From: Planctomycetota bacterium
GTDB taxonomy: Bacteria; Planctomycetota; Planctomycetia; JALXBF01
Assembly (NCBI GenBank): GCA_026991575.1
Contig: JALXBF010000016.1
Span: forward strand, 1 to 64,000
Length of the DNA stretch: 64,000 bases
Reading direction: 5' to 3'
Made by a program: the position numbers and the translations under genes. This document shows, piece by piece, positions 52,654 to 63,868 of this stretch (positions are counted from its first letter, which is position 1; each line of letters begins with the position of its first letter). The notes beneath the pieces were generated by a model, which did no database searches, was not told where the DNA came from, and saw only the letters and a list, made by a program, of their open reading frames with translations.

Positions 52654-53079
52654 ATGATGACCGACCAGATCGCGGACATGCTAACACGGATCCGCAACGG
52701 CTTGCTGGTGAAGCGCGGCATGGTCGAGATGCCTTCCTCGAAGATGAAAGTCGAAATCGCCCGCGTGTTGAAAGAGGAAGGCTTTATCCTGGACTATGAA
52801 GTCGTGCCGCCCGAGCAAGCCCAGGCGGAGGGGCGCCGCGTCTCGGCCCAGCCTGTGCTCCGGATCTACCTGAAGTACGGACCGCGCGGCGAACGGGTGA
52901 TCACTGAGCTGAAACGCATCAGCAAGCCCGGCCGGCGTGTGTACATGAAGGTTGAAGACCTCAAACCCGTGGTCGACGGCATGGGAATCCGGATCCTAAG
53001 CACCAACCGCGGCGTACTCAGCGACCGACAGGCTCGCAAGTTACGCGTTGGTGGCGAGGTCCTCTGCGAAGTCTACTAG
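52654..53079 (+). CDS. rpsH: 30S ribosomal protein S8
   Basis: DQIADMLTRIRNG, RISKPGRRVY, GGEVLC. Confidence 0.98.
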   Translation: MMTDQIADMLTRIRNGLLVKRGMVEMPSSKMKVEIARVLKEEGFILDYEVVPPEQAQAEGRRVSAQPVLRIYLKYGPRGERVITELKRISKPGRRVYMKVEDLKPVVDGMGIRILSTNRGVLSDRQARKLRVGGEVLCEVY

Positions 53080-53124
53080 CGGGCGTTGCCGCCTGGCAGG
53101 CTAGTCCGAAAGCGGGAGCAAACG

Positions 53125-53679
53125 ATGTCGCGTATCGGGAAGATGCCGGTGCCCGTGCCAAGAGAAGTGACGGTGCGCCTGGACGGCAATCACCTCGTCG
53201 TCCAGGGGCCTAAGGGCAAGCTGGAGCTGGACTGTCACCCGTTGATCGAGGTCCAGGTCGACGACTCGGCCGGTCAGATTCGCGTGCTGCGCCGCAATGA
53301 CTCGCGGCTCGCTCGCTCGGTGCACGGGCTGACCCGCACGCTGATCAACAACATGGTCGAAGGCGTGACGAAGGGCTTCGAAAAGCGGCTGGAGATCCAC
53401 GGAATCGGCTACTCGGCCCAGCTGAAGGGCAAGCAGCTGCAGTTGCAAGTCGGCTTCGCCCACCCGGTTATCCTCACCCCTCCGGAAGGGGTCACGGTCG
53501 AAGTGCCCGATGCCACGCACATTGTGGTCAAGGGGCCGGATAAGCAGAAGGTGGGCGAGTTTGCGGCCCAGATCCGCCGGGTGCGACCGCCCGAACCGTA
53601 CAAGGGCAAGGGCATCCGCTACCAGGGCGAGCAGATCCGCCGCAAGGCCGGGAAGGCTCAGGGCGCTGGTGCCCGCTAG
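53125..53679 (+). CDS. rplF: 50S ribosomal protein L6
   Basis: [19 protein letters not shown]. Confidence 0.98.
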   Translation: MSRIGKMPVPVPREVTVRLDGNHLVVQGPKGKLELDCHPLIEVQVDDSAGQIRVLRRNDSRLARSVHGLTRTLINNMVEGVTKGFEKRLEIHGIGYSAQLKGKQLQLQVGFAHPVILTPPEGVTVEVPDATHIVVKGPDKQKVGEFAAQIRRVRPPEPYKGKGIRYQGEQIRRKAGKAQGAGAR

Positions 53680-53798
53680 CATGTGCGTCGCGGCCTTGCT
53701 GGGCCGCCGCGTTGGCAACCGAGACGGTCCCGGGAGAGCCGGGGCGAGAAACGGAGGATACGGTGTCCTATTCTGCTAGAGTGGCTGGAGGCGACGCG

Positions 53799-54170
53799 GT
53801 GCAGCGTGAGCAGCGAATTAAGCTGATTCGCCGCAAACGCCGGATCAAGCGGGTGCGCAAGAAGATCTTCGGCACGCCGGAGCGGCCGCGGCTGGCTGTG
53901 TTCCGGAGCCAGAAGCATATTTACGCCCAGATCATCGACGATACAGCCGGACACACGCTGGTCGCCTGCAGCACGCTTGACCCGGAGATCCGCGGCCAGA
54001 TTCGCACCGGAGCCAACAAAGAAGCTGCCCGACTCGTCGGCGTGAAACTCGGCGAGCGGGCACGGGCCAAAGGCATCGAAAAGGTCTGTTTCGACCGCCG
54101 ACACTACCGCTACCACGGTCGCGTGGCCGCTTTGGCCGACGGTGCCCGAGAGGCAGGCCTAAAATTCTGA
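53799..54170 (+). CDS. rplR: 50S ribosomal protein L18
   Basis: [33 protein letters not shown] start after GGAGG. Confidence 0.97.
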   Translation: MQREQRIKLIRRKRRIKRVRKKIFGTPERPRLAVFRSQKHIYAQIIDDTAGHTLVACSTLDPEIRGQIRTGANKEAARLVGVKLGERARAKGIEKVCFDRRHYRYHGRVAALADGAREAGLKF

Positions 54171-54208
54171 CCCGATTGCCAACGGTATCTTGCGAGGAGG
54201 AACATGCC

Positions 54209-54700
54209 GTGTCCACTGGCACGGAACCTCAGGCACAAGCCGGCCTGTATGAGCAGGTAATCAAGATCCGCCGCTGTGCGAAGGTAGTCAAAGGTGGCCG
54301 CCGGTTCAGCTTCAATGCCCTGGTGGTCGTTGGCGACCGACAGGGACGCGTCGGCTACGGTTACGGCAAAGCGAACGAGGTGCCGGCGGCCGTGGAGAAG
54401 GCGATGAAGGACGGCCAGCGGCGCATGAAACGCGTGGCTCTGAAGGGCCGCACGATTCCGCACCGGGTGATCGGGCGCTACGGTGCGGCGAAGGTCATCA
54501 TGATTCCGGCTCGCCCCGGTACGGGCGTCATTGCTGGCGGGTCGGTGCGTGCTGTGTGCGAGGCGGCCGGCATCCACGACATCCTCACCAAGGCCTACGG
54601 CTCAACCAATCCGATCAACCTGGTTAAGGCCGCGATTAACGGCCTCGAGCAATTGCGCACCAAGGAAGAAGTCGAGACCTTGCGCGGGGTGAAGCTGTAA
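54209..54700 (+). CDS. rpsE: 30S ribosomal protein S5
   Basis: [29 protein letters not shown]. Confidence 0.98.
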   Translation: MSTGTEPQAQAGLYEQVIKIRRCAKVVKGGRRFSFNALVVVGDRQGRVGYGYGKANEVPAAVEKAMKDGQRRMKRVALKGRTIPHRVIGRYGAAKVIMIPARPGTGVIAGGSVRAVCEAAGIHDILTKAYGSTNPINLVKAAINGLEQLRTKEEVETLRGVKL

Positions 54701-55152
54701 TGGACCTGAAAGAAGTTCACCTGGGTGTCCATCGCCGCAAGCGGCGCAAGCGCGTGGGCCGTGGCCCAGGCAGCGGGCATGGCAAGACGGCTACCCGTGG
54801 CCACAAAGGGCAGAAGAGTCGGGCCGGTACCGAGAAGCCGCACATTCTCTTCGAAGGTGGCCAGATGCCGCTGGCTCGCCGCATCCCCAAGCGCGGCTTC
54901 AACAACCGCTTTGCAAAGGTGGGCGTCCACGTCAACGTGCGCGACCTGGAGAAGTACTTCCAGGATGGCGATCGCGTGGACGAGCAGGCCTTGCGAGCCC
55001 GCCGCTTGGTCCGGGGCCGATTCGACTACATCAAAATCCTGGGCGATGGTACACTCACGAAGCGCCTAACCGTGGTGGCTCACCGGTTCAGTAAGTCCGC
55101 CCAAGAGAAGATCCTGGCGGCCGGCGGTCAGGTCGAACGGCTGGCCGAGTAG
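54700..55152 (+). CDS. rplO: 50S ribosomal protein L15
   Basis: [28 protein letters not shown]. Confidence 0.98.
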   Translation: MDLKEVHLGVHRRKRRKRVGRGPGSGHGKTATRGHKGQKSRAGTEKPHILFEGGQMPLARRIPKRGFNNRFAKVGVHVNVRDLEKYFQDGDRVDEQALRARRLVRGRFDYIKILGDGTLTKRLTVVAHRFSKSAQEKILAAGGQVERLAE

Positions 55153-55280
55153 GCCAGGCCGACTCACGCGCTGGAAGGGGTCCACCATGGCGGCAGCACG
55201 GGGGTCATCCGAGACTGCCGTCGTTTTTGTTTTTCTGCGGCGCAGGTGGCTCCGGATGCACGGACCGAGGTGCGCAGCGA

Positions 55281-56630
55281 ATGATCCGTAAGATCATCGA
55301 AATCTTCAAGATCCCTGAGCTGCGGCAGAAGATCTTCATCACCTGCCTGCTGCTGGCAATCTACCGCATGGGGGCTGCCATCCCGCTGCCGATCATCGAC
55401 CAACAGGCAGTCTACGAGCACATGCGCGGACTTGCCCAGGGCGTGGCCGGCCGTGTCTTCGGCTACGTTGCCATGCTCAGCGGCATCAATGACCTGACCA
55501 ACATCACGATCTTCGGCATGGGCATCATGCCGTACATCTCCGCTTCGATCATCTTCCAGCTGTTGGCCAGTGTTGTGCCGTCCCTGGAGCAGCTCATGAA
55601 GGAGGGCGAGAGTGGGCGGCGCAAGATCAACGAGTACACGCGCTACGCCACCGTCGCGCTTACCTTCGGCCAGAGCATCTTCTGGGTTAACTACATGATG
55701 AACCGCGATCTGGTGCCGGAGCAGTTCCAGTCCTTCGGCTACGGCGCCATGGCCGTGCTGATCATGACCGCCGGCACCGTGTTCTTGATGTGGATCGGTG
55801 AGCAGATCGATGAGTTCGGCATTGGCAACGGCATCAGCCTGATCATCATGGCGGGCATCGTGGCCCGTATGCCGCGGGCCATTGCCACCATCATCTACGA
55901 AACCGAACTGACGCTGGCACCCCCCGCAGGCAAGTACGGCGTCGACACGATCGTGGTGATGGTGTTGTTGTTCGTGGGCGTCGTGCTTGGGGTCATTGCG
56001 ATGAACGAAGCGCAGCGGCGGATCCCGATCGAATCGGCCAAGCACGTGCGCGGCCGGCGCCTCTACGGCGGGACCCGCCACTATCTGCCGTTCCGCGTCA
56101 ACCAGGCCGGCGTCATGCCGATCATCTTCGCGTCCAGCCTGCTGATGTTCCCCTACTTCATCTTCGCCTGGCTGGACAGCATCTGGCCGCCGCAGTGGTA
56201 TGGCAGCCGCCTGATCGCCGAGCTGCGGGAAGCGTTTACCGGCCAGGGCTTCGTGTACACGGTCACCTACGTAGCGCTGATCTACTTCTTCTGCTACTTC
56301 TGGACGGCCATCACGTTTAACCCAAAGGACATCGCCGAGAACTTGCAGAACTACGGCAGCTTCATCCGCGGGTACCGGCCCGGGCAGCGGACCGCGGACT
56401 ACCTGGAAAAGGTGATGACCCGGATTACGTACGTCGGTGCCGCCTTCTTGGCGCTGGTGGCCGTACTGCCGATGCTGGTTTCCCGCTGGGTGGGGATCGA
56501 GCCGTTCATTGCCAGCTTCTTTGGCGGAACGGCGCTGCTGATTGTGGTCAGCGTCGCGCTGGACCTGGTGCAGAAGATCGATACCCACCTGGTGCTGCGA
56601 GACTACGAGGGCTTGCTGGAGAAGGCCTAA
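55281..56630 (+). CDS. secY: preprotein translocase subunit SecY
   Basis: GIMPYISASII, GIGNGISLII, AGVMPIIFA, RPGQRT, GGTALLIVV. Confidence 0.98.
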   Translation: MIRKIIEIFKIPELRQKIFITCLLLAIYRMGAAIPLPIIDQQAVYEHMRGLAQGVAGRVFGYVAMLSGINDLTNITIFGMGIMPYISASIIFQLLASVVPSLEQLMKEGESGRRKINEYTRYATVALTFGQSIFWVNYMMNRDLVPEQFQSFGYGAMAVLIMTAGTVFLMWIGEQIDEFGIGNGISLIIMAGIVARMPRAIATIIYETELTLAPPAGKYGVDTIVVMVLLFVGVVLGVIAMNEAQRRIPIESAKHVRGRRLYGGTRHYLPFRVNQAGVMPIIFASSLLMFPYFIFAWLDSIWPPQWYGSRLIAELREAFTGQGFVYTVTYVALIYFFCYFWTAITFNPKDIAENLQNYGSFIRGYRPGQRTADYLEKVMTRITYVGAAFLALVAVLPMLVSRWVGIEPFIASFFGGTALLIVVSVALDLVQKIDTHLVLRDYEGLLEKA

Positions 56631-56697
56631 GGGGCAGGCCGTGACCGGTGCCGGCGCACCGCTCCGCCGCCGCATGCAGCCAGCGAGGTGACTGCCC

Positions 56698-57375
56698 ATG
56701 CGGGTCGTGTTTCTTGGACCACCAGGGGCCGGCAAAGGAACGCAGGCCCGCCGCTTGAGTCAGTTGCTCGGTGTGCCGCACATCAGCACCGGCGAAATGC
56801 TGCGTGCGGCCATTACGCAGGGCACGGCGCTGGGGCAGACGGTCCGGCAGTACGTGGAAGCGGGAAAGCTAGTGCCGGACGTGCTCATGCAGGAGCTCGT
56901 CCGCCAGCGGCTGAGCGAGCCGGACGCCGCCAACGGTTTTGTACTCGACGGCTATCCACGCAACGTGCAGCAGGCGCAGACGCTGGACGAGATCCTCGGA
57001 GAGCTTGGCACCCGCCTGGACCGGGCTGTGTTGCTTGACCTGGACCCGGACCTGCTGGTCGAGCGTCTAAGTGGCAGGCTGGTCTGTCCGGTCTGTGGTG
57101 CCAACTACCACCGCAGGTTCAACCCGCCCAAGCACGACTCGGTCTGCGACCGTGACGGTGCGACGCTGGTCCAACGCGCCGACGACCGCCCCGGTACGGT
57201 GCGTGCCCGGCTGGAGGAGTACACCAAGCAGATGGCACCGGTTACCGACTACTACCGCCAGCGCGGTCTGCTGGCCGTCGTCGATGCCTCCGGGACGATC
57301 GACCAGGTCTGGCGAGGCCTGCTCAGGGTGCTCGGGCTGGCGGAGCAGGCCGAGAATGTGATCGAAGAGGGCTGA
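56698..57375 (+). CDS. adk: adenylate kinase (Zn-lid type)
   Basis: GPPGAGKGTQ, HISTG, LDGYPR, CPVC..CDRD lid. Confidence 0.97.
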   Translation: MRVVFLGPPGAGKGTQARRLSQLLGVPHISTGEMLRAAITQGTALGQTVRQYVEAGKLVPDVLMQELVRQRLSEPDAANGFVLDGYPRNVQQAQTLDEILGELGTRLDRAVLLDLDPDLLVERLSGRLVCPVCGANYHRRFNPPKHDSVCDRDGATLVQRADDRPGTVRARLEEYTKQMAPVTDYYRQRGLLAVVDASGTIDQVWRGLLRVLGLAEQAENVIEEG

Positions 57376-57586
57376 GGCCCCGGGTAAGGGCTCCGATCCT
57401 GCCTGTCGGCGGCGTAACGGCTGCCATCTGTCGACGCGCTCGGGGGCATGTGCCGGTGCGCCGGGCTACTTGGCCGGTGGGGGCCGGGCCGCTGCGTGGT
57501 CACCGCATGCTTTCCGGAAAGAACGGGTGTCGGCGGCTCGAGTTGTGTCGGAAGGCAGCGCCGGCGTTGCCAGGGTGAACAGGATC

Positions 57587-58384
57587 ATGATCCGTCTGAA
57601 GTCGCCCAAAGAGATTGAGCGCATGCGTGAGGCCGGGATCGTCGTGGCCCGGGCCTTGCGATTGGTGCGCGAGCTGGCGGCGCCGGGCGTGACGACCGCC
57701 GAGCTGAACGCCGCCGTTGAGGAACTGTTCGCACGGGCCGGGGCCGAGCCGCTGTTCAAGGGGGTCGTCTCCGGACCGGGTAAGCCGCCGTTCCCAGCAG
57801 TGATCTGCGCATCCGTCAATGAGCAGGTCGTCCATGGGGTGCCAGGCGACTACGTGCTCCGCTCCGGCGACATCCTCAGCGTCGATACCGGCTGTCGATT
57901 GCGTGGCTGGTGTGCCGATGCGGCGATCACGATTCCGATCGGCGAGATCTCGCCCGAGGATGAGAAGCTCTTGCGGGTGACGCGCGAGACGCTGGCGTTA
58001 GCCATCCGCGAAATGGGGCGGGCGAAGCGCTGGTCGCAGGTGGCGCGAAAGATGGAAGAGTACGTTCGGGACCACGGCTTCTCGATGGTGGACCAGTTTG
58101 TCGGGCACGGCATCGGCCGAGAGATGCACGAGGAGCCGCAGGTACCCAACGTGGTGACCAAGGCGCTGTTGCGGTCTGATTTCCCGTTGCGGCCCGGGCT
58201 GGTGCTGGCCATTGAGCCGATGGTCAACGCCGGCAGCCATCGGGTGCGGGTTACCGAGGACCAGTGGACCGTCGTCACAGTGGACCGGTCGCGCAGTGCT
58301 CACTTCGAGCACACGGTGGCGCTGACCCCTGCTGGTCCGCTCGTGCTGACGGCTGACCCGGAGGCGGACGACGTGGCGGCTTGA
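57587..58384 (+). CDS. map: methionine aminopeptidase type I
   Basis: CASVNEQVVHG, GHGIGREMHEEP, LAIEPM, SAHFEHT. Confidence 0.97.
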   Translation: MIRLKSPKEIERMREAGIVVARALRLVRELAAPGVTTAELNAAVEELFARAGAEPLFKGVVSGPGKPPFPAVICASVNEQVVHGVPGDYVLRSGDILSVDTGCRLRGWCADAAITIPIGEISPEDEKLLRVTRETLALAIREMGRAKRWSQVARKMEEYVRDHGFSMVDQFVGHGIGREMHEEPQVPNVVTKALLRSDFPLRPGLVLAIEPMVNAGSHRVRVTEDQWTVVTVDRSRSAHFEHTVALTPAGPLVLTADPEADDVAA

Positions 58385-58408
58385 GTTTACGCGGGCGGCG
58401 CGTACAAT
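58381..58408 (+). promoter_or_regulatory. putative promoter upstream of rpmJ/alpha operon
   Basis: TTGAGT-16 nt-TACAAT. Confidence 0.4.
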
Positions 58409-58538
58409 GTAGCGTCCCCGGGTGGCGTCTCTCCTGTGCGCCGGCAGAGCATCCCTGTTCTGGCAGCTTCCCTGCTTGATTGCCACGCTCCAGCTATCGG
58501 CTCGGGGGAGGCGTACCGGGTTGTAAGCGAGGTGCATG

Positions 58539-58655
58539 ATGAAGGTTCGAGCCAGCGTGAAGAGAATTTGCGAGCACTGCAAGATCGTGCGGCGGCGCGG
58601 TCGGATCTATGTGATCTGCAAGCGGAACCCACGGCACAAGCAACGCCAGGGCTAG
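58539..58655 (+). CDS. rpmJ: 50S ribosomal protein L36 (not in ORF track)
   Basis: Hand translation [38 protein letters not shown]. Confidence 0.97.
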   Translation: MKVRASVKRICEHCKIVRRRGRIYVICKRNPRHKQRQG

Positions 58656-58738
58656 ACCAGTCCGCAAACGGACCGTAGAGCCAGGCAGTCTGGTCGGCTC
58701 GGGTCCGTTGCCGCGCTGGCGGCAAGGAGAGATGCTCT

Positions 58739-59122
58739 ATGCCACGAATCCTTGGTGTCGACATCCCCAACAATAAGAAGATCCATATTTCCCTCCGCTA
58801 TATCTACGGTATCGGACCGACGACGGCGATCGAGGTCTGCTGGAAGGCGGGGGTGGACCCGCTGAAGAAGGCGGCAGACTTGACTGAGGAGGAACTGAGC
58901 CGGCTGGCGTCTGTGATTGACCGGGACTATGTGATCGAAGGCCAGCTGAGGCGGCAAATCCAGCAGAACATCGCGCGCTTGCGCGACATCAAGTGCTATC
59001 GAGGGCTACGCCATGCCCGCGGCTTGCCCGTGCGCGGCCAGCGCACCCGAACCAATGCGCGAACACGCAAAGGGCCGCGCAAGACGGTGGCTGGTAAGAA
59101 GAGCATCAAGGCGATGCGTTAG
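58739..59122 (+). CDS. rpsM: 30S ribosomal protein S13
   Basis: [30 protein letters not shown]. Confidence 0.98.
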   Translation: MPRILGVDIPNNKKIHISLRYIYGIGPTTAIEVCWKAGVDPLKKAADLTEEELSRLASVIDRDYVIEGQLRRQIQQNIARLRDIKCYRGLRHARGLPVRGQRTRTNARTRKGPRKTVAGKKSIKAMR

Positions 59123-59173
59123 ATTGCAAGCACACCCCTAGCCGTTTAGCCAGATAGCGGGGCAGAGACGACG

Positions 59174-59584
59174 ATGGCCAAAGGCAAAGGCAAAAAGGGC
59201 GCAAAAGGCTCGGCGAAACGGCGCCGCGTGCGGCGCACGGTGAGCCGTGGCATTGCTTACATCAAGGCCACGTTCAACAACACCATCGTGACCATTACCG
59301 ACCCCAACGGGGATACGCTTTGCTGGGCCTCCGGCGGGACTGTGGGCTTCAAGGGGAGCCGCAAGAGCACGCCGTTCGCCGCCCAGCGTGCTGCCGAAAT
59401 GGCCGCCAACCAGGCGCTGAAGATGGGCGTGCGTGAGGTGGATGTGCGCGTGCAGGGACCCGGCGCCGGCCGCGAATCCGCCATCACGGCGCTGCAGGCA
59501 GCCGGCTTGCAGGTGCGTGCCATCGAGGACGTTACCCCGCTGCCTCACAACGGCTGCCGGCCGCCGAAGCGCCGGCGCGTGTAA
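59174..59584 (+). CDS. rpsK: 30S ribosomal protein S11
   Basis: [42 protein letters not shown]. Confidence 0.98.
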   Translation: MAKGKGKKGAKGSAKRRRVRRTVSRGIAYIKATFNNTIVTITDPNGDTLCWASGGTVGFKGSRKSTPFAAQRAAEMAANQALKMGVREVDVRVQGPGAGRESAITALQAAGLQVRAIEDVTPLPHNGCRPPKRRRV

Positions 59585-59676
59585 GCCCGCGCTGGCAGGC
59601 GGTGTCGCCGCACACGGGCAGCTTCCACGAAGAACGAACCTTCGTACAGTACGAGGATATACGGAATCAACCAGCT

Positions 59677-60300
59677 ATGGGACGTTATACCGGTCCAGTT
59701 TGCCGGCTGTGCCGGCGAGAAGGTGTCAAGCTTTATCTGAAAGGCGAACGGTGCGACTCGCCCAAGTGCGCGCTTGAGCGCCGGCCGTACCCGCCGGGCA
59801 TGCGCCGCGTGCGGCGCGCGAAGTTGAGCGACTATGGCGTCCGTCTGCGTGAGAAGCAGAAGGTGAAGCGGTACTATGGTGTCTTCGAACGCCAGTTCCG
59901 CCGCTTCTTCGACATGGCCCGCCGCACGAAAGGCGCCACCGGCGATGCCTTGTTGTCGATCCTGGAACGACGACTGGACAATGTCGTGCATCGACTCGGC
60001 TTCGCAGTCAACCGCAGACAGGCGCGCCAGATGGTTGCCCACGGCCATATCCTGGTCAACGGCAAGCGGGTTACGATTCCCAGCTATCTGGTCCGCCCAA
60101 ACGACGTGATCACCGTTAAGAAGGCAAAGATGCGCGAACAGGTCAAGGAGCGACTGCAGAACCGCAAGACCGAAATCCCGGCCTTCTTGCAGATCACGAA
60201 CACCGATCCCCCTGAAGGAATCGTCACCCGATTGCCCGAACGGGATGATGTGTCCATCCAGGTAGACGTGGACAAGATCGTTGAGTTGCTGGCTCGCTAA
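59677..60300 (+). CDS. rpsD: 30S ribosomal protein S4
   Basis: MGRYTGPVCRLCRREG, LREKQK, LERRLDNVV, ARQMVAHGH. Confidence 0.98.
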   Translation: MGRYTGPVCRLCRREGVKLYLKGERCDSPKCALERRPYPPGMRRVRRAKLSDYGVRLREKQKVKRYYGVFERQFRRFFDMARRTKGATGDALLSILERRLDNVVHRLGFAVNRRQARQMVAHGHILVNGKRVTIPSYLVRPNDVITVKKAKMREQVKERLQNRKTEIPAFLQITNTDPPEGIVTRLPERDDVSIQVDVDKIVELLAR

Positions 60301-60352
60301 GTCCGGCGTCAACACGGGACTATCCCGGCCGGCCTGAAGGAGGCGTGGCACG

Positions 60353-61363
60353 ATGAGAATCCGCTGGCGTGGTTTTGAGCTGCCCTACCGCGTAACGGTC
60401 GATCCGGAAACCCGCACGCCGACCTACGCCCGGTTCACGGCTGAACCGTTCGAGCGAGGCTTCGGTCACACCATCGGCAACAGCCTGCGCCGGATCCTGC
60501 TGTCCAGCATCGAGGGCAGCGCCGTGACGACGGTCAAGATTCAGGGGGTCTACCATGAGTTCTCCTCGATCCCCGGAATCGTCGAAGACGTCACGGACAT
60601 CATCCTCAACATCAAGAGCCTTGTGGTACGCTGCAACAGCGACAAGCCCTGCACGATCCGGATCGACCGGCACGAACGTGGTGTCGTGACCGGCGCAGAC
60701 ATCATCACGGACCAGGCCGTCGAGATCATCAACCCTGAACACCACATCGCAACGCTAACGGATGACGTGCCGTTTGTGGTCGAGATGACCGTGGAACGTG
60801 GCCGCGGCTACCGACCTGCAACAGAGCGCATGCAGGCGGAGCAGGGCCCGGGCGTCATCCCCATTGATGCGATTTTCTCCCCCGTGCGCCGCGTAGAGTA
60901 CCACGTGGAGGATACGCGCGTGGGCCAGCGCGTCAACTACGACCGCCTCTCGATGCAGATCTGGACCAACGGCGTCGTAACCCCCGAAATGGCTCTGGTC
61001 GAAGCAGCCAAGATCCTGCGAAAGCACTTGAACCCATTCGTTCAGCTCTCCGAGCCCGGTCCGGAGATGCCCATCGACGAGCGGCCTGAAGTCGCCGTGC
61101 CCGGTACGACAACCGTGGCCGACGAGGAATTGGAACGCAAGCTGAACATGAGCCTCGCGGAACTGGAGCTCACCGTCCGCGCAACCAACTGTCTCGAAGA
61201 GGCCGGGATCACCACAGTGCGTGATCTGGTCACCCGCACCCCCGAAGAGTTGCTGAAGGTGAGGAACTTCGGCGAAACCACGCTGCGCGAGGTTCGCGAG
61301 AAGCTCAAGCAATTGAACCTCGACGTCGGCATGTTCGCTGCTACCAAGGAACAACAAAGTTAA
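60353..61363 (+). CDS. rpoA: RNA polymerase alpha subunit
   Basis: [45 protein letters not shown]. Confidence 0.98.
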   Translation: MRIRWRGFELPYRVTVDPETRTPTYARFTAEPFERGFGHTIGNSLRRILLSSIEGSAVTTVKIQGVYHEFSSIPGIVEDVTDIILNIKSLVVRCNSDKPCTIRIDRHERGVVTGADIITDQAVEIINPEHHIATLTDDVPFVVEMTVERGRGYRPATERMQAEQGPGVIPIDAIFSPVRRVEYHVEDTRVGQRVNYDRLSMQIWTNGVVTPEMALVEAAKILRKHLNPFVQLSEPGPEMPIDERPEVAVPGTTTVADEELERKLNMSLAELELTVRATNCLEEAGITTVRDLVTRTPEELLKVRNFGETTLREVREKLKQLNLDVGMFAATKEQQS

Positions 61364-61384
61364 CCGGATCCTGGGGGCAGGACC

Positions 61385-62047
61385 ATGAGACACCGTAAAC
61401 GCGGCCGGAAGCTGGGGCGGAACCCTGCCCATCGCCGCGCCATGCTGCGCAACATGGCCAACTCGCTCTTCTTGCACGGACGGATCGTGACCACAGTCGC
61501 CAAGGCGAAAGAGTTGCGGCCGTTTGCAGAACGGTTGATCACGATCGCACGCCGCGGCACCGTGCATGCCCGACGGCTGGTCGTTGCCCGACTGGGCAAG
61601 CAGCCCATCCCAGAAGGACACCCTGATCACGGCCGTTACCATGACATCACGCACAAACTGTTCGCCGAAGTCGCCCCCCGATACGTCGATCGCCCCGGCG
61701 GCTACACACGGATCATCCGACTGAACAAGCGGCGGCTGGGGGATGCCGGTGAGTTGGCCGTCATCGAGCTGGTGACCGAGTCGATTGCCGAAAGTCGCGA
61801 GCGAAACGCTCGACGACGCCGCCTGCGCACGACCGCCGGAGAGTCCGAATCGACTGCCGCACCCGCCGCCCCTACCGCTGAGCCGGACACAGCTGCTGCG
61901 CAGGCTACCGAAGAGCAGGGCGGTGAGGCAGAGCATGGCGTTCCGCAGGAGGCATCCCAGCAGGAAGCGGCCGACGCGAAACCGCTACAGCCTGAAAGCG
62001 GCCAGCAAGCTGCCGGACAGACCGGTGATGAGAAGCCTGCCGAATGA
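61385..62047 (+). CDS. rplQ: 50S ribosomal protein L17 (long acidic C-terminal extension)
   Basis: MRHRKRGRKLGR, TTVAKAKELR, RPGGYTRII. Confidence 0.97.
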   Translation: MRHRKRGRKLGRNPAHRRAMLRNMANSLFLHGRIVTTVAKAKELRPFAERLITIARRGTVHARRLVVARLGKQPIPEGHPDHGRYHDITHKLFAEVAPRYVDRPGGYTRIIRLNKRRLGDAGELAVIELVTESIAESRERNARRRRLRTTAGESESTAAPAAPTAEPDTAAAQATEEQGGEAEHGVPQEASQQEAADAKPLQPESGQQAAGQTGDEKPAE

Positions 62048-62158
62048 GCGGCAGCTGTACGGTAGCTGGCCGCCAGCCGCACCGCCCAGGCTGCTCTGCT
62101 GCGGCCGGCTGCTGAAGATGAGCACCGCAGGTTGTCGACGCCAGGGCGGGATGAGGCC

Positions 62159-62587
62159 ATGACCGACGACAGTTGCGTTTTCTGCAAGATCGTTGCCGGT
62201 GAAATCCCCGCAGCCGTGGTCTGGGACTCGCCATGGGCTGTGGCGTTTCTGGACATCAACCCGGCCGCTCCTGGCCACGTACTCTTGGTGCTCCGGGAAC
62301 ACTACGAGCAGCTGACCGCGGTACCCGGTAGCCTGCTGTCGGCGGCCCTCGGGGAGTTGCCCAAACTGGCGCAGGCCGTGATTTCGGCTACTGGCGCTCA
62401 GGGGCTCAACCTGTTGCAGAACAACGGCCGTGTTGCCGGCCAGGTGATTCCTCATGTGCACTTCCACCTGATTCCCCGTAACGAGGGCGATCGTGTGACG
62501 GTGGGCTGGCGGCAAGGAACTTATGAGACGCCCGAAGAGATGAACCGCATGGCAGAGCGAATCCGTGCGGCGCTGGCCGGCGCCTGA
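62159..62587 (+). CDS. HIT family hydrolase
   Basis: CVFCKIV, FLDINP..PGHVL, AGQVIPHVHFHLIPR histidine triad. Confidence 0.93.
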   Translation: MTDDSCVFCKIVAGEIPAAVVWDSPWAVAFLDINPAAPGHVLLVLREHYEQLTAVPGSLLSAALGELPKLAQAVISATGAQGLNLLQNNGRVAGQVIPHVHFHLIPRNEGDRVTVGWRQGTYETPEEMNRMAERIRAALAGA

Positions 62588-62685
62588 GACACGCGAACCG
62601 CCGCGCACTGGTGCTTGGCGGTTCGGGCCTAACGGTTGCCCTTAGCCGCTCGCGTCTTCGCTGTTGGATCGTACGGGAGAACCCG

Positions 62686-63855
62686 ATGGCGGAATGGTTT
62701 CAGAAGGCGCGGCGTTTGCAACAGCTGCCGCCCTACCTGTTCACCGAAATTGATCGTAAGAAGCTCGAGGCGATCCGCGCTGGTCGCGACGTGATCAACC
62801 TGGGCGTGGGGGATCCGGACCTGCCGACACCTGAACCAATCGTTGCCAGTCTTCAGAAGCATGTTACCAATCCGGCCTTTCATCGGTATGCTCTGGACCA
62901 AGGAGCGCCGGAATTTCGCGCTGCGGTTGCACGCTGGTTTGAACGCCGCTACGGCGTGAAGCTCGATCCGGAGCGTGAGGTCCTGGCACTGATCGGCTCC
63001 AAAGACGGCATCGCGCACCTGCCGCTCGGTGTCGTCGACCCGGGCGACGTCGTACTGATTCCCGATCCGGCTTATCCGGGCTACCTGCCATTCAGCCGGT
63101 TTGCCGGAGCCGAGGTGCATCGACTCGAACTGCACGAGCAGAACGGGTTCTTGCCGGATCTTGACGCGGTGCACGAACGGCTCTGGGAGCGGTGCAAGCT
63201 CGTTTACCTCAACTTCCCGAACAATCCCACGGCGGCCATTGCCCCGATCGACTTTTACGCCAGGCTGGTCGAGCTTGCCCACCGCTATCGGTTCATCATC
63301 GCTCAGGATGCCGCCTACGCGGAAATCTACTTCGCGGACCGACCGGCAAGCATCCTCGAAGTGGACGGTGCCAGGGACGTAGCCATCGAGTTCCACTCGT
63401 TTTCCAAGACGTTCAACATGGCCGGCTGGCGACTGGGCTTCGCCGTCGGTGCGCCTGATGTGCTGGCGGCACTGGCTCAAGTGAAGTCCAACTGCGACAG
63501 CGGCGTATTCACGGCGATCCAGTTTGCCGGTATCGACGCGCTTGAGCAGTACGAGGCGCTGACCGAGCCACTGCGAGCAACCTATCGACGACGCCGTGAC
63601 ACGCTGGTCGACGGCCTGGCCCGGCTTGGCTGGCAGCTGCACGTTCCTCAAGCGACGTTCTACGTCTGGGCCCGCGTGCCCGGGGGAATCTCTTCGACCG
63701 ATCTGGCCAGCCGACTCTTGGACGAGGCCGACATTGTGGTGACGCCCGGCGTCGGTTTCGGCCGCTGTGGTGAGGGCTACGTGCGCATGGCGCTGACCGT
63801 GCCGGACCACCGGCTCAGCGAAGCCGTAGAGCGGATTGCCCGACTGAAACTCTAA
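62686..63855 (+). CDS. dapL: class I/II PLP aminotransferase, probable LL-diaminopimelate aminotransferase
   Basis: LPPYLF, LGVGDPD, LIGSKDGIAH, NFPNNPT, DAAY, EFHSFSKTFNMAGWRLG. Confidence 0.8.
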   Translation: MAEWFQKARRLQQLPPYLFTEIDRKKLEAIRAGRDVINLGVGDPDLPTPEPIVASLQKHVTNPAFHRYALDQGAPEFRAAVARWFERRYGVKLDPEREVLALIGSKDGIAHLPLGVVDPGDVVLIPDPAYPGYLPFSRFAGAEVHRLELHEQNGFLPDLDAVHERLWERCKLVYLNFPNNPTAAIAPIDFYARLVELAHRYRFIIAQDAAYAEIYFADRPASILEVDGARDVAIEFHSFSKTFNMAGWRLGFAVGAPDVLAALAQVKSNCDSGVFTAIQFAGIDALEQYEALTEPLRATYRRRRDTLVDGLARLGWQLHVPQATFYVWARVPGGISSTDLASRLLDEADIVVTPGVGFGRCGEGYVRMALTVPDHRLSEAVERIARLKL

Positions 63856-63868
63856 GACGACTCGGCCC

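Noticed and set aside
55164..56735. 523-aa minus-strand ORF (and the 438-aa ORF at 62629-63945)
   Set aside because: Antisense shadows of secY and dapL.
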